Counted from the stretch's first letter, positions 40,101 to 53,658 are shown. The stretch: DNA of 64,000 nucleotides from Marsupella aquatica (GCA_973895155.1 OZ316892.1:25939233-26003232); one strand, 5' to 3'. The notes: generated by a model from the letters alone, not told the origin. A program made the numbers and translations.

Positions 40101-40382
40101 AGACTTATCACTGAAATGGGATTGCCACAGGGGAATGTGAAGCTCCATTGTGATAGTCAAAGTGCGCTCCACCTTGCTGTGAACCAGGTGATGGACAGCA
40201 GAGTGAAGCACATTGACGTCAGGTACCATTTTATCAGGCAGGCTGTGTCTGATAATTTGTTTGAGCTAGTCAAGATTGATGGTAAACTCAACCCGGCTGA
40301 CGCATTTACCAAAGTGATTCCTTTGGAGAGTTTCTCTAGACACCGTGACGTATTGCAGGTTTTGCAATTGCATCACAAGTAG
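37109..40382 (+). CDS. pol: Copia Pol (PR-IN-RT-RH); protease motif lies in the gag frame after the TGA, then a +1 shift at T6 (37205-37210)
   Basis: WILDCACSFHIC (gag frame), WHSRLGH...CEHC, HSDVWGP, LRSDNGGEY, QNGVAER, KARLVAKGF, LYVDDML, GYVDSD, KHIDVRYHF. Confidence 0.9.
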
Positions 40383-40562
40383 AGTTTTCTTAAACATTCA
40401 TTGTAATTACTGATATATGCTCTTCCTCATTCCTATGTATTAGGCTACGGCTTAGTTCTGGTTTGCTCTAGTTAGAGAGGGAAACCGGTTTGGTTTCTGT
40501 CCAGAACTTCCCGCTGAGGGATCATATACATTGGCAGTATTACTCTCCCCTAGACCAGAGTC

Positions 40563-40572
40563 AAGGGGAAGA
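40563..40572 (+). other. Polypurine tract
   Basis: AAGGGGAAGA just upstream of the 3' LTR. Confidence 0.85.
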
Positions 40573-40573
40573 T

Positions 40574-41048
40574 TGTTGGGTATTTACTCTTACGTCTAGG
40601 TTAGGTATGACGTGGTTGGTACAACAACGTGGGTTGGTACAACTACGTGGTTAGGTACAACTACGTGATTAGGTACAACTATGTGGTTAGGTACAACTAC
40701 GTGATTAGGTACAACTATGTGGTTAGGTACAACTACGTGATTAGGTACAACTATGTGGTTAGGTACAACTATGTGGTTAGGTACAACTAAGTTGCACACT
40801 ATATCATAAGAGGCATGTGTGCTTGGAGAGGTAGAACCAAGGCTCATTGTTATGGAGCCACTTGAGAGATAGGGAGAGCTTACACTGTGGAGACTCGGTA
40901 TAGCCGACGGGCTTAGAGTTCAGTAAAGCTCTCTTGTGTGTTCCCGTGGACGTAGCCTCAAGGAGGTGAACCACGTATCTCTTGTGTCGACTATTGTGCG
41001 TTGGATGGTTCATGGGCTTGCCGTTGCGATCGTCGTCTATGCTCAACA
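40574..41048 (+). repeat. 3' LTR of copia element
   Basis: Appears identical to the 5' LTR at a constant 6129-bp offset. Confidence 0.97.
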
Positions 41049-44000
41049 GAACTTTGCTGGGAACAGCAATGGCAGCGGAAATCAAGGTTTGGATCGCGCG
41101 ACCAAAGTGATTTGTTGTATGGATCTTGCAACCACAATAGGGAAATCCATATGCACGTCTGGACTGATTAGAGGCAAACTGTTGCACTGTCTAAGTGAAC
41201 CACCCACTTTTGGATTAATGAGGGCGAATCAGTTGATTTGTCTCATGGCACCACATAATACTTTATTCTGCAAGTTGGATTGAGGAGGCCAAAATTTTAC
41301 TTTGTCTTAAAGTGATGGAACAAGGAATTCATATGGCTATCATCAATTTTGTTTCAATCAGCTCAGTTCTGCCATCAATAGCATGCGATATGGTTTGTTG
41401 GTCTGCCCATTCTTGTAGCTGCTACATGTGAGGACTTCACAGACCTTTGGTGGCCGACTAGCAATGGCTATTTGGAATCTTCCTGAACACCTTTGTAGAG
41501 CTAGTGAGCTGTAGCTGTTGGGTGTGGCTGGTCTTAGAGATGTTTCAAATGTCTCACCAAGGGTGTGTTGATTAACACAACTTGGAGACCACTTGTGACT
41601 CTTTGCCACAAAAGCAAACTGGGGGGTCACTTCATCTTCTAAATATCAATTTCTGACCAAAAGGTGGTAAGAATTTCTAGACAATCTCAGGTATACTAGG
41701 GTACAGTGCTTGCAAAGTAGGGGCCCTGAGTTCTTGCAAAGCTAACTGCAGTCACACCATACCTGAATCGTCCTGCGTTCTTTGTAAAACTGGAGTGTTT
41801 TCCACTCATCATAGTGTCCAAAATTAACTTAGAGGAAATAACAAAAAACAGTGGACCAAGGATTTTCATGTGAAAGGGCCCATTCCCCCTTCACCATTTG
41901 GTCCTCCTCTGGTTAGACTGGTCTGGCTGGTCTGAAGGATTAACCATGACTATAAAAGAGTGAAAACTATTCCATGCCAAAATGAGAATTGATACATATT
42001 GAAAGTAAAATGAGAATCTTAATAAGTTTAGTAAGAAGCGCCACCGTCAGTGTGCGTGGGGAATGGGTAAGAGGAGAATTGTGCTTTCCGACACTAATTC
42101 ATGCATGCTAGGGCGAAGGATCTTCACCTGGAATCCTTCATGCAGAATCTGGGGCACCCACATTCTTTACACCTGGAATTTTTTTTTTTATAATATAGGT
42201 CACTAACACTACTTGCTGTGAACTGTGGAGTTCAGTTTTGTTTCGACTAAAGTTGTAGGAACCAAGGATATTCTTACTGTCACCAGTAAGTTACAAATTA
42301 TACCCTCTGTTGATAGACGTTATTGACAGTCTACCAGTAAGAATCAGTTAGCTACTGCACTAATTACACCTGTAGCAACTGTAATTGATCTAAATGTAGT
42401 TACTGTAGATCTTCAGTGAAATTAGTTCAAGGATCCCCCTTTGTTATGTAAGTTTGATATTATCCAACATGAAGAGTTGCATTTGGGATAGGTTTGAACA
42501 TGGAGATGAGAGGAAAAAAACGAGATTATTCACAGTTAGTAGTAGTCTATGTACAGGCTTGTTAATCCATGGCCACTCGGGTCATTGCTATAACCCCTTT
42601 GAGCTCACTGCCCTCAAGGAGATTATATCTCATAACTCGATCCATGGGTTACCCTACACCATAAACCCCTCTCATATGCTGTTCTTTGTAGTTTGTTCAA
42701 GTTATCAAGTGAAACTCCCTGGCTGGCTGGCCTAGCTTGGGAATTAGGAGACTTGGGTGAAAGTTGTCCAGTTAAACTATGACAAAATACAATTGAGGTC
42801 CACGCCCCCTAATCCATTAGGGTGTGTCAAAGCAGAGCCATAATTGAGTCACAACCAAGGAGATAAAATGCTTTTATGACCACGATAAAACCATTACACA
42901 CTATCTAAATACATGCCCCATGAGGATGGTGTGTCCAAAGACTTTCACCCATAAGACCTATCCTACCAGAGAGATATATATCACTGTCCAAGCCAGGGCA
43001 AAACCCGTCTAACGTCTAACCAGGAGACCTGATCTCAAAGGCAAAGCAACCCCAATGAAGAGGAGGAAAAGAGGGGAAAGGGCCCCAATGTTTTCACACA
43101 CCCTCTTGTCTTTTGGGGTGCTAGAGCCTGTAAACTCTCCTCTGGGATCATGTGTTACCTTTACATAGCAACACAGAGAGATCTGACCGTACGATCTGAC
43201 AAAATCCACGGCCACTTGACGCTAATCTGGACCAGTACGGACGGACGGATGAACGAAACACAACTTCATATCCTTTTGCAAAAAGATCCGGTTTATCAAT
43301 TCCACAGCCATATTTTATGAAAAAAACTAGGGCCGTCCGATCTCAAATCGACGGCCAAATCACGGAAAAACTCTTTCACACATCCGGCCTGGAAACGGAC
43401 GCATTCGTGAGAAGCGGCTTTGCGGCCTGCCTGTGCCTGTGCTTTGCGTTGCGGCTTTACTTCACGAGAGAGCAACTTGACCAGAGGAGAGCAGAGGAGA
43501 GGAGAGGAGAGCAGAGGAGAAGTCCGAGAGCAACGGTTTTGAAGCTTTTGGTCGGATTTGGTCGCGGTTTTGATGGTTTTGGTCGGATTTGGTCGTTCGT
43601 TTGTCGCTCTTTCGTTCGCTGGATCGGTCCGACTACTTAATTGCCGCCTCCTGTCACGCTTCTTTCGATTCCGGTTCTTCTAATCGTCCCGTGTTGTGAC
43701 GCGAGAGTATGGAAAAGTAGAGGTATTCTTGTGAGAGAGTGAGAGAGCGAGAGGGAAAACAAAAGAGGTACCAGGGTGAAAGAGAGTGCACGTGCTCGCC
43801 AATTTTGGTCGTCGCTCTCTTGTTCGCTGGATCGTTCTGTTGGCATGAAATTCTGCCCGCTCATGTGGTTCGCATGTCGTTCGGTTCTGTTTCTTCTTTT
43901 CTCTCATCTCGTTGTCCCGCGTTATGCTTGAAGTTCTTCCTTAATCCTCTGAAGAGAGTTGAACTCTGGGCGCAGATGAAAAATAGAGGTACGCGAGGGT

Positions 44001-44315
44001 GAATGAGAAAGCATGTGCTCATCGATTTGAGCCTCGGGGTATGGCAGATGCGTCTCTTCTTCTTCGTTCAGAAAAGAAAATCATAGTTCTCCGCTGTATC
44101 GTTCTTGAATCTTGTCTTCCCGCCCTGTTTGAAGTAGGAGAACATCAAAGATTAGTCTAAATTGCGCGGATTTGGAGGAGGAGAATATCAGTGAAGAGTC
44201 GAGTTTTAGAATAATGCAGACGAGATCGTGTTGCTGCGAACGACTTATAAAATTTTCAGAGGAGTAAGTTCTCGCCGGCGTGGATCAGCAGCACCGGTAG
44301 GATCAGTTGGTGGCA

Positions 44316-47300
44316 ATGCCGGCGCTTAAACTGCTTTCGGTATGGTCAGTGGTTGGATTTTTCGTCGTCATCAGCACGCTCTGCATTAGTTCAACAGGCG
44401 GCACCTCGCTGAGGACTGGTTCCGCTAGCTTCGATGTTCAAGGTGCGTTTTCTTTCCGAGAAGAGGTTTCATGTTTATTCGTATTTTCACATTTTAGCCG
44501 AGATTCCAAGTTGTTCGTATTTTTCTTTCTCTGTGCACTCAGAGAAAGAATGGATCGTCGGATGTCCATTGCACTGGCTAAGTACTATTTGTAATCTGTG
44601 ACCGCAATTGGTTAACACGAGCTTACGTTACGCAAACCAAAAGACCTCACAAGAGGCAAGTTTAAGGACTGTAAAGATGACCGTTTCGTGTATTTCGCGT
44701 CTGAAGGTGTTCTTGTGACGGGGCCTTTTCAGACCGAGTGCAACATGTCACGTTTCGTTCTGTTGGGGTGTTTCAGTTGCTCTAAGTTCTGTGACTAGAA
44801 AGGTTCGGAAGCTAGGGTTTAGGGCAATTAGAAGCGTCCTACTTTTTGATCAAATCAGGAGAGTGTGGAGGGTTTTTAAAAAGCTGCAATTGGTCCAGCG
44901 GTTTTGTTATGTAAACCACTGAAGGGTGAAAACAGGAAGTGAAGTACACAAACGCATAGGATCGTTCATCAGTGCAACGGGTTTAGGGTTCACCCACCGC
45001 TGAAATTTTAAATTAAACAACATATCATAAGATTAGAGTTGTCGGTCTGCTTACGAACATAGCTGAGGATCTGCACATTCATGAAGGTGAACTTACGTGC
45101 TGACTTACGCTCTGTTTTGCAGACATAGGGGTTAACACCACTGTCACTTTTCAACCCGTCTACTTGGAAGGGTCTGATGATAGCGTGCCAGAAATTGTGG
45201 CGGCAAGCCGAGTGCGCATTCCCGGCTGGTCCAGACTCCAGCATATAGACAAGTTTCATCACACTTTCCGAGTCAAAATTCAAATTGCTCCCTATCGAAG
45301 TCTGGCCTCCGATTCCAGAGTGTATGTCTGCCTTGATCAGTAAGTTGTCTTCTTCTCCCTTTAGCGGTTTGTTGCTTGTCGATAGACGAGTCAGGGTTGG
45401 ATGAAAATAGAATTCTGTGTCATTTTGGATTTCTTGGAGCACTTTTTGGGGTTATAAATACCATGAAAGTAGGGGACCAATTGTCTACATGCCGTGTTAT
45501 TTTTGGCAGGGATCCGCTGCGGAGCCTGGGTGATTGTAGAAATGGAACCTGGCGAGCCATTGAGAAAGGAGGATCTTGGACTTTCAGTGTGTCTCCCTTC
45601 CAGGAAAAAGTTGTTGACATCTGGGTGACAAAGTCCTTCTCTGCCCCAGCCGTAACTGTCTCTGTACAAGATGGTATGTTCATCTACATTTTCTAGACAT
45701 GACCAAACTTTGGTCCTTCCCTTTTGAATTGCCTTCAGATGTGTGAGCAGTGTTGATTGTCCTAGGCTTGCAGAAATTTTTTTGAAGCTTATGTTTCAAG
45801 CAGTGGTAACGTGGAATAGGACGTTGCATTACATTTGTGCATGCTATTTGGGGATCGAAGTTCGTGTTTCTTACGTCTTCTGCTGTTGTCATTTTCATTT
45901 GTTGCAGAAAAAAGTTCATTCCGGCTCATATTTCTAGGGTTAGGAGTGATCTTGTTGGTGCTGGCCCCCATAGTCAGTGGATGGGTGCCCTTCTACTATG
46001 GAACGGCAATGACACTGGGCATCTTAATGGTTGTTATTGTTATTCTCTATCAGGTACGTGATTTTGACTTTCAAATCCACCAGTGAATCGATCATTTGAC
46101 CGTTCTCAAATGTATATTGAATATTAGCATGGTTTTCTATTGTAGATTTGGTCGACTTTCTTCAACATTTCTGTTTAATATATAAAGATGCCTGGGATGG
46201 CCTGGTCTCAGTATCTTGTATACCTTCCATTCATATTTTGAGTTTTGAAAGCTTTTTACTGGCGGCTTTCATTATTCCTGTGACGAGGTGAATAGACGAA
46301 GAAAAAGTCTGGCGTGTCTCTTTGGTGGATGGTGTTCACTATTATATCTTTAATGCAGACTTTGTCCTAAGGACTCCTGCTTTGATATTCATCTGAATGT
46401 GGGCAATGATTGTCACCTATGCAGGCTATGAAATTGTTGCCGACAGGTCGCAAGAGCACGCTGTACATCTTCCTCTACGGCTCTCTGGTCAGGATATTCT
46501 CCATTCCTTCTCGGCATAATCATTTGTTTCTGTTTTTATACAGTAGTTCCAATTTTTTGGACGTTGGTTTTGTTATACAGTAGATAATTTTGTTTGCACT
46601 TCAGCAGGGGAGTCGATTCACTGGAGGGACCAATGTTTTCTTTGAGTCTGAACATAACTATTGCTTTTCCTCATTACTTGCTCCGTTGTTCGTTTGCAAT
46701 TCCCAGGCGGGCCTCGGGACTGTGGTTCTCCGCTATGTCAGTAGCGTTATAACCGCCGTGTTGTGGGAAATGGGTCTCAGCGATGACATGTACAGCCCTG
46801 TAAGTTTCTCGCATCCTTTTCTTCGAAAAATCGTCACTTTGGGGTCTTTCTTTTACGCACTAATTATTTCTTTAAGACTGCTAATTTCCAATGTATACTT
46901 GTGGGTGGGAGTTGAGTCAGCCCTTGTCTTGTGGTCAAAGTTACTCATGTTGCACGATTGCTTTACAGGTTGCAGTCTTTGTGGGAGTGGGAGTTGCTTT
47001 GCTCGGGGCATGGCTGGGTTACATGGGTGTTCGTAAGCTTGTGATTGCGGAGGACGGAGGTATTGATGACGGGGTTGCTGTGTTCGTTAAGTGGGCTCTA
47101 AGAGTTGTGGGGTCTTTAGCACTGCTTCAGGTATGGACTGTTTGGTATCTTGCATTCTTCTGCATCTAGAGTTTTCCCTTGTTAACGCTGAAGAGTTTTG
47201 AGGTGCTCATCTTCAGCACAATGTATTAATCACCAATTGTTGTATGCTGACATGGAGGATGATGTTGATTGCAGAGCTCAATTGATCCGGTGTTTATGAC

Positions 47301-48412
47301 TCTGGCACTAATCGGAGGAGTAGTCATGTCCTGGATCGTATTGAATGTACGGGTGTCGGTGTTAGACGTCTGGGAGAATATCCAAGACCTCTGGGCGTCA
47401 GAGTATGTTTTCCTCTTGCTGAAAACTGCTTAATGCTGTTTGCACCAGACAAATTGTTTCTCGCTAGTAATTGAGTTTTCTCTGTTGGAGGAACCAAATT
47501 CGTCTTTTTGTCCTCTATTTGAAATGCATGTAGTCACCTTGTTCAATTATTTTCTCAAGATTTTGCAACCTTCTGTGCGTCATGTGTGATTTTTTCAGAC
47601 CCGTCGAAAAATTCAAGCCCAGGCATTCGAAAAAGCATTATATGACTCAGGCACAGCTCAATGCAGTCAAAAGATTACCTGGGACCGAGGCTTTAATCAG
47701 TAGCAAGAAAGCGCTTCACTCTCCAACAACTCGAGGTACGTTTGGTTTCCTTGAAGTTAATCGGCATGTATTTGTCCATCCATGCATCAACTCGCATATA
47801 GGAGCCAGACAACAACACTGCCGATATTTGAGCTCCAATGCTCGTTCTGACTCCGTCAATAGCGAAGCATAATGATATGCCGTCCTGGCTACCAATTGCA
47901 ATTTTCTGCATTGAGAATTTAATCTTTTAACATAGTCTATTTTCGACCAACTTAAACGACTTTATTCCCCCCCCCCAAAAAAAAAGAAAAGAGAGAGAAA
48001 ATCGACATTATCGAGGAAGTCATTGCACAGATAAGAGGGCTTGCTTTCGTGCCGTTGCAAAGCGTTTGGTTTCGTTCTCACGTTGATGAGTTTTGTGTGT
48101 CCAGGTTCGAGAGAAAAGCGGCATTTGAAGACGAATGAAGTCTTCCTCTCCACGTTTCACCATTCACCTGGGTACCGACCACCCAGTAAGCAGGAGTATT
48201 CAGAATTCACGCGGGAATTGACTGGTAGAGCAATTGAAGAACTTATACAATCAGACGAGTTTGACCAATGGAGGCACGTAAACAGACCTAGATTAACCGT
48301 AGAACCATATGAACACCGACAAGAGCGACCAGTAGACGAGATTGAAGGCACCGCTTCACTAGAAGAAGCGGCACCAGGTAGTGGATTGTATTATAGTGGT
48401 AGAAGAAGATAG
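44316..48412 (+). CDS. NEMP1/PNET2-like nuclear-envelope integral membrane protein, ~10 exons (approx. 44316-44442, 45123-45339, 45510-45673, 45908-46053, 46425-46487, 46707-46800, 46969-47130, 47275-47403, 47600-47735, 48105-48412)
   Basis: Signal peptide; LAPIVSGWVPFYYG, MKLLPTGRKS, GAWLGYMGVRKLVIAEDGGID...FVKWA and FLSTFH...EYSEFT...AIEEL...EFDQW; GT-AG junctions. Some boundaries are approximate. Confidence 0.82.
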
Positions 48413-49592
48413 GACTTTCAATTTTGCTGTACATAATGTTTATTTTTGACTCCCCTGGATCGGGAATCCAAGTATACAAGTCATTTAACATTTGCACTTA
48501 GTCTATGGGATACGAATACCTTTGGACGAGAATATCATGGCAGATATCATCATTTGGAGTCAGTAGTGATTTGTCATGGAATGCTTTGCACGCCGCAAGA
48601 GGTCAATATGTGTGAGAAAGGGAGACAGCCGGATTTGGTTTCGGATCCTGGTTCATTATCTTGACGAGTACTATGTGAGAAGCTTACATTTGGTTTGCCT
48701 GTGAGAATAGGAAGAATGAAGGCAACTAGGTGTCAGTACTTCATCCCTCGCTGGGTAACCTTTGTTTGCAAAGTCGAGCAGAGTAGCAAAACTGGCTTGC
48801 GTTGCATTTTTACTACTTGGGTGATGATAGTCACACATCATCCAGACTTTAACTGGAACGGAGTTGCGAAATGATGGACAATATTCTGAATTAACGTTTT
48901 CTCTCACATTTGCTTTCAAAGACGAGTGTAAGTGTCTCTGCCAGGACAAACACACAAGACATATCCATATCATTTAAGGCTTTGCATGGAGTGATAGTAA
49001 TCAACACAAGTGATGGTAACTCCCTTTTGTTGTCTTGGAACTTAAATTAGAGAGAAAGCGGTACGCCTCTTTTCCCTCTTCGGAGCCTGCATCATACGAG
49101 TAAGAGAGACGTGGGATATCTGGGATCCGGAGCCTGAGACATCTTATTGTAATATTTGCTAGCTGGCTTTAAATTTTGGGACCCTCTGGTATATCTAGAT
49201 GTCTGTGATATCAAACATGGAGTTTCAAGGAAAATGTGCAGGTGTGAGAAAATGAACGAACCTAAGCTCTGAAGCATTGGATGCCGATACAATTACAAGC
49301 AGGTCAAGGACACGCTAGAGTCACTACTGTGGTGTGGGTGCACTTACAGTTGTAGGATCGATGCCTCTGTTCTCTATGAATGCTTTGACGGTATGATTGA
49401 CAGATAAGTGGGTCTCAATAAAGAGATTTGGAGTTGACTCTATATTTTACCACTCAACGTGTGAACTGGCACAAATTGATAAATGAAATCATCAATCGAA
49501 AACAAAGCGAACAAGCATATCAGACCAGAACTGTTTAATTTAAATGATCATAGCTACGATCATTGAAGCATAGCGCAAGGAAAGGAATTCAC

Positions 49593-49852
49593 CTTCTGAA
49601 GTCAGGAAATGAAATTTTCATCTTCGGAAAGAATTCTGAAGCCCATGCCTTTCGGAACGAGGACGATGTCTAGCTTGGGCACATCTTCAAAGGAATGGGT
49701 GGCATGGATGGAGAGGTAGCCCAGACGGTCGGAAAACGAGGCCCGATTTGTGAGAAATGAAAACGAAGTCTATTGTAAGGACCGATTGCGATTGCGTCAA
49801 GCACGACCATTCTGTCGACGATGGGAATCGCCACCTGTAGCTTTTTCCCCAT
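49593..49852 (-). pseudogene. Degenerate copy of DJ-1/PfpI exon 1; exons 2-3 deleted
   Basis: MGKKLQVAIPI... is near-identical to 55414-55139 but frameshifted; flanking intron homology is retained. Confidence 0.88.
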
Positions 49853-52006
49853 TTTGTTTGTTTGTTATGGAGAATGGTGTGACTTCTACAACTATAATAT
49901 CCAATCCCGCCAAATTTAGTCCTTTTACAAAAACAGTTCTGGATGGAAATAATCAACAACAGTTGCATTCTTTTGCACCTTTTCACTAACCGTTCAATGC
50001 AAAAAAGGGACCCTTGAATGTGGCAGGGGTACTCAGTCGGGCCTGAGGCAGGGGTACAGCCGACTCCCTCCCTCATATTTGACGTACTCCGCCATGCTGC
50101 CTAGTGCCCAGGAGTGGAGCCTGTATGCAACCTCACCAGTGCCCACGAGACTCCTGCCAGGCCCTCTCTTTCTCACTCACCCAATTGTGCAATTGTGCAA
50201 GGCACAAGCATGGCGCTAGTTACGTCATGATAGCTTACACACTATCCATGAAATAACAGTCTTTCCTATGGAGAATCATGTTTATCGTGCATAAGTGCAC
50301 CCGGTATGATAATATGCTCTGGGTTAACGACAAGCCAGTCATGTAGTCCCCTAACAGTAAAGCGCTTTATAAATGCACCAAAAAAATGCAGTCTGTAAAT
50401 GCAGGTGAACAGTACCAAATGACATGTACAGAAATGCATTTCTATCCATAGTACTGCAGATGTATTTATCAATTACTCCAATGCCTATCCTAGGAGCATT
50501 ATTGATAAATGCAATGAATAACTACATATAATAGTTTCATGCACTTATTTCAGTTGAATTGTGGAGCATGAGGGTTGAGGGTATGAGGAATCCAATGTGT
50601 ATGACCTAGCCTTACATATAAGGAAGTACATCAACACCTATGAAGAAGTGCACAACAATTTTACATGCACTTTCTCCATATGTCTACCAGCAATATCCCA
50701 TGCACTTATGCCATAGTGGATGACATGGATAAGTGCTGGCTTGGGGTGTCATCCTGGGAGCCCTTAGACACAGAAGACTGTACTCCCATAGATATGCAAC
50801 AAGGAAGACTGTACTCCCATAAATATGCAACATCTGAACATGCAAAGAGAGTTTTCACCTTGAGTCCACAAGCAAATGTAAATGCAGGAAAGCAGGTTAC
50901 TCACATGTAAACATCTCTGGCCCTTGCTACCATAATCTGTTGCTCGAAAGTAACCTTTTTCCGGACAAAAGTTACATACTATAATGCATGACAAGGCAGG
51001 AGTTCTAGTTTAACCCTACCCAAGAAAGCTCAAAAATTACTCAAAAATTACTTACTATAATGCATGTATGGGCAGGAGTTCTAGTTGAACCCTACTCCAA
51101 GAAAGCTCAAAAAAATTCCCCAATACCGGTCAGATTTTCTTCACTTTCTGGTCGTCTGATGCATGTCTAGGCAGGGGTCATAGCCTGAACCCTGCTCCAA
51201 GACAGCTCAGGAAACCTTCTGGTCAGGAACTTTTCACTTTCTCATACTAGTAACCGCAGACCGGACCTGCATTATCCTATACCAAAACCATACTTTGATT
51301 TCCGTTGTAGTTGATGTCAAGTACCTGACCGTTTTGGAAAGCATCTAATGTTTTGAGCCTTTGCACAGTTCTGAGGGTCTGTAACACTATAGAGGGGACG
51401 TGAATGCGCAGCGCATCCGGTACTTTCAAGAGACTGATTCTGTTTGCAATACGACTCGTTAAATCTATGTCAACCGTACAATTAGGACATAAACCAAGAC
51501 ACGAGTAGTTCAAATCACTTGGTTTATAGATCATTAATATAGTGTATTGATTTGTGTTCTGGTGTACTATCGCATTAACTTGAAATAGATTTAATTTAAC
51601 ACACAGTTTCGCAATTATGTCCACGTTGTCTAGCTCTTGCTAGTGTCTATTAAAAGCCCAAACCGGCCTTCAATCCCCACTCGCCTATTACAGGGTCTGG
51701 GGCAGTACTGGGACCCAGAACCTTCTCCTTTTAAATGTTGGAATGTGGATATGGAGTAAGTCAATCTCACACTGATGAGTTTTGTGTCCAGGTTCCAGAG
51801 AAATGAAGCATTTGACGACAGATAAAGTATTCCTCTCCAAATTTCACCATCCACCTGGGTACCAACCTCCCAGTAAGCAAGAGTGTTCAGAATTGTCACC
51901 TGAATTGACTGATGTAGCAATTAAGGGACTTACAAAATCAGAGGAGTTTCACCAATGGAGGCACGTAAAAGACCTCGATACCATATTGTTGGAAGTCTCC
52001 ACAACA

Positions 52007-52076
52007 TGGACTGGCTGGGAATTGAACCTAGGACCTCCCTGTACATCATAGTGCTCTACCACTGAGCTGCAGGCTC
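52007..52076 (-). other. tRNA-derived cassette in TRIM LTR (A box + B box)
   Basis: Minus strand GAGCCTGCAGCTCAGTGGTAGAGCAC...GAGGTCCTAGGTTCAATTCCCAGCCAGTCCA. Confidence 0.8.
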
Positions 52077-52200
52077 TTTGTGGGAGCATCCATCATAGTT
52101 CGAGTGTGGTTCATTTTCAACACCTTCCTTTGAGCCACAGTCGTTTCAAGGGAAATTCCTGATCTTTGGCTCTACTACCATGTTGGAACTCTCAACAACA

Positions 52201-52271
52201 TGGCCCGACTAGGAATTGAACCTAGTAACTCCCACGTACGTAGTAGTGCTCTACCCCTGAGCTACAAGCCC
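52201..52271 (-). other. tRNA-derived cassette in TRIM LTR (A box + B box)
   Basis: Minus strand GGGCTTGTAGCTCAGGGGTAGAGCAC...CTAGGTTCAATTCCTAGTCGGGCCA; D-stem GCTC/GAGC, T-stem CTAGG/CCTAG. Confidence 0.85.
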
Positions 52272-53658
52272 TTTGTGGCTGCCATCATAGTTCGAGTGTG
52301 GTTCATTTCCAACACATGAACGCTGACACAAGCAACCAGTAGGAGAAATTGAGGTAACAGTCTCATTAGAAGAAGCGTCTCATTAGAAGAAGCGACACAG
52401 TGGTGGATTGTATTCGAGTAGTAGAAGAAATTGTGCTGTACACAATGCTTATTGACTTCCATAGATCAGGAATCCAAATTTAAAATTTGCACCAAGTTTA
52501 TGGGATATGAATGCTTCTCGGGGTGACAGACATGATCATTTGATGTGAGGAATCAGTATTGATTCGTTGTGAAGTGCTTTACACACGACATGAGGTACAT
52601 ACGCGTCATAAAGAGAAACTTTGTTTCAGTTCAGCTTTGTGGTGGGGGCCCAAAAATGCCTCCAAATCTTTTTTCTGCCGCATACAATTTCTGAAATACA
52701 GTGTACAATACTAGAGAGATGGCATTTGCAACACTGCAGCTTTTGTGACCAAACCTCTTTGGTCAGGGGCCTGGTTTTAATTTAGTCTAGAATAATAGAG
52801 TTCAATCTGTATCTTGAGAAGTTGTAGATGAGAAGCTTTTGGTGCTTTGCCTGTCAGAATAGGAAGACTGAAATCAACAGGCAGCGTACGTCATCCCTCA
52901 CTGGGTAACCTTCGTTTGCAAAGCCGTGCACACTAGCAAGACTGGCTTACGTTGCATTTTGATTACTTGGGTTGATCAATATCAACACATCATCCAGATT
53001 ATCTGGCATCGGAGCTGCGAAATGATGGACAATGTTCTGCATCCACTTTTTCAACGATGAGTGTAGTTATCGAGGCCAGCACACACACACACAAGAGAAA
53101 TCCATATCGCTTATAGCTTTGCATGCAGTGACAGTAATCAACACAACTGATGGTAACTCCCTTTGGTTTTCATGGAAATTTAATAAGAGAGAAAAACGGG
53201 ATTCCTCTTTCCTTTCTTTGGGGCGGCATCATACAAATTAGAGACGTTGGATATCTGGGGATCCGGAACCAGAGACATTGGATATCTGGGGATCCGGAAC
53301 CAGAGACATCCTACTGTAGTATTTGCTAGCTGGCCTTAAGTCATGGGACCCTTTCATTAATGTACATACCTGTGCTATCATACATGGAGTTTCAATGAAA
53401 GTGTGTAGCTGTGAGACGACGACTGAACCTAAGCTCTGAAGCTATGGATGCCGACGCAGGTACAAGCAGGCCAAGCATAAGCAATAAGTACTATGGATGT
53501 GGGAGCACTTAACATTAGCAGGTTCGATGCCTCTGTTCTCTGTGAAAGCGTTGAAGGTATGATTGATAGATGAAGGGGGCTCCAAAACGAGATAACTGGT
53601 TTCAAGATCATGGGGCTGTTGTTAAGTCCACACAGATACAGTGAGAATAAGGCCTTGA

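Larger units (their letters stand above)
34445..41048 (+). mobile_element. Full-length Ty1/copia LTR retrotransposon
   Basis: TG...CA LTRs of 475 bp, TSD GAACT (34440-34444 and 41049-41053), PBS, PPT, and gag-PR-IN-RT-RH domain order. Confidence 0.97.
51987..52314 (-). mobile_element. TRIM (miniature non-autonomous LTR retrotransposon) with tRNA-derived LTRs
   Basis: Two TGTTGGAA...T(T/C)CAACA direct repeats (51987-52122, 52181-52314). The 58-bp internal region on the minus strand begins TGGTAGTAGAGCCA (PBS-like) and ends AAAGGAAGG (PPT). The element is absent from the paralogous site at ~48305. Confidence 0.85.
51766..52430 (+). pseudogene. Duplicated last exon of the NEMP-like gene, interrupted by a TRIM
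   Basis: GSREMKHLTTDKVFLSKFHHPPGYQPPSKQECSE matches 48105 onward; homology resumes after 52315. Confidence 0.88.

Noticed and set aside
44810-44990. TTTAGGG telomere-like motifs (also near 59100 and 59290)
   Set aside because: Only one or two scattered units; not an interstitial telomeric array.
52201-52271. Functional tRNA gene
   Set aside because: The anticodon arm does not fold canonically, there is no poly-T terminator, and it is embedded in LTRs.
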